This document shows positions 63,937 through 64,000 of a stretch of 64,000 nucleotides of DNA, in pieces. Origin of the DNA: Thermoanaerobaculia bacterium (GTDB taxonomy: Bacteria > Acidobacteriota > Thermoanaerobaculia > UBA5066); contig CAVRAY010000001.1 of assembly GCA_963719225.1 (NCBI GenBank), forward strand, positions 2,304,001 through 2,368,000, read 5' to 3'. Under the pieces are notes generated by a model. That model saw nothing but the letters and a program-made list of their open reading frames with translations, was not told where the DNA came from and did not search any database. The position numbers and the translations under genes are program-made. Position 1 is the first letter of the stretch. Each line of letters begins with the position of its first letter.

Positions 63937-64000
63937 TCAGCGCCCCCTGAGCGACTGGACGAACTCGCGGTTGACGAGCGGTCTCTCGGCGCCGGTGTCG
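63937..64000 (-). CDS. 3' end of a convergent gene entering from outside the window
   Basis: Open frame ...[20 protein letters not shown]. Too short to assign a function. Confidence 0.35.
   Translation of the reverse strand, partial: DTGAERPLVNREFVQSLRGR

Overview
This window is high-GC bacterial DNA. The gene repertoire resembles Acidobacteriota/Thermoanaerobaculia (inference). Scattered single-base indels become very dense after ~46.9 kb and look like long-read consensus error. There are four blocks. (1) <1-15.9 kb, minus strand: a translationally coupled array of at least six Hanks-type Ser/Thr kinase genes, five of them complete kinase-TM-beta-propeller receptors, with xpt and a DUF885 gene embedded. 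The paralogs share A/T-rich patches, variable poly-Ser loops and a 166-bp near-identical tract. (2) 15.9-40.9 kb: an island of general-stress-type and envelope genes (csbD, BON/OsmY, cls, ferritin-like, AI-2E, lmo0937-like, DUF3309-like, YXWGXW, YHS, sortase, FecR/DUF6600). Fourteen correctly oriented sigma54 -24/-12 motifs precede its transcription units, and a 37-bp inverted-repeat element occurs four times. The island also encodes a sigma54 activator, a degenerate His-kinase-like protein and a hybrid kinase, and is interrupted by a halogenase-like/radical SAM/acyltransferase trio. (3) 40.9-49.1 kb: an NdvB-like cyclic beta-1,2-glucan synthase. (4) 49.2-63.3 kb, minus strand: a lipid/polyketide operon with acyl-CoA dehydrogenase, a type I synthase (KS-AT-KS-ACP-ACP-KR-DH), PPTase and a three-subunit acyl-CoA carboxylase. 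Both ACPs carry Thr instead of the canonical phosphopantetheine-accepting Ser. The best candidates for new biology are the Thr-ACP double-KS synthase and the sigma54-driven stress regulon with its enhancer motif and putative phosphorelay.
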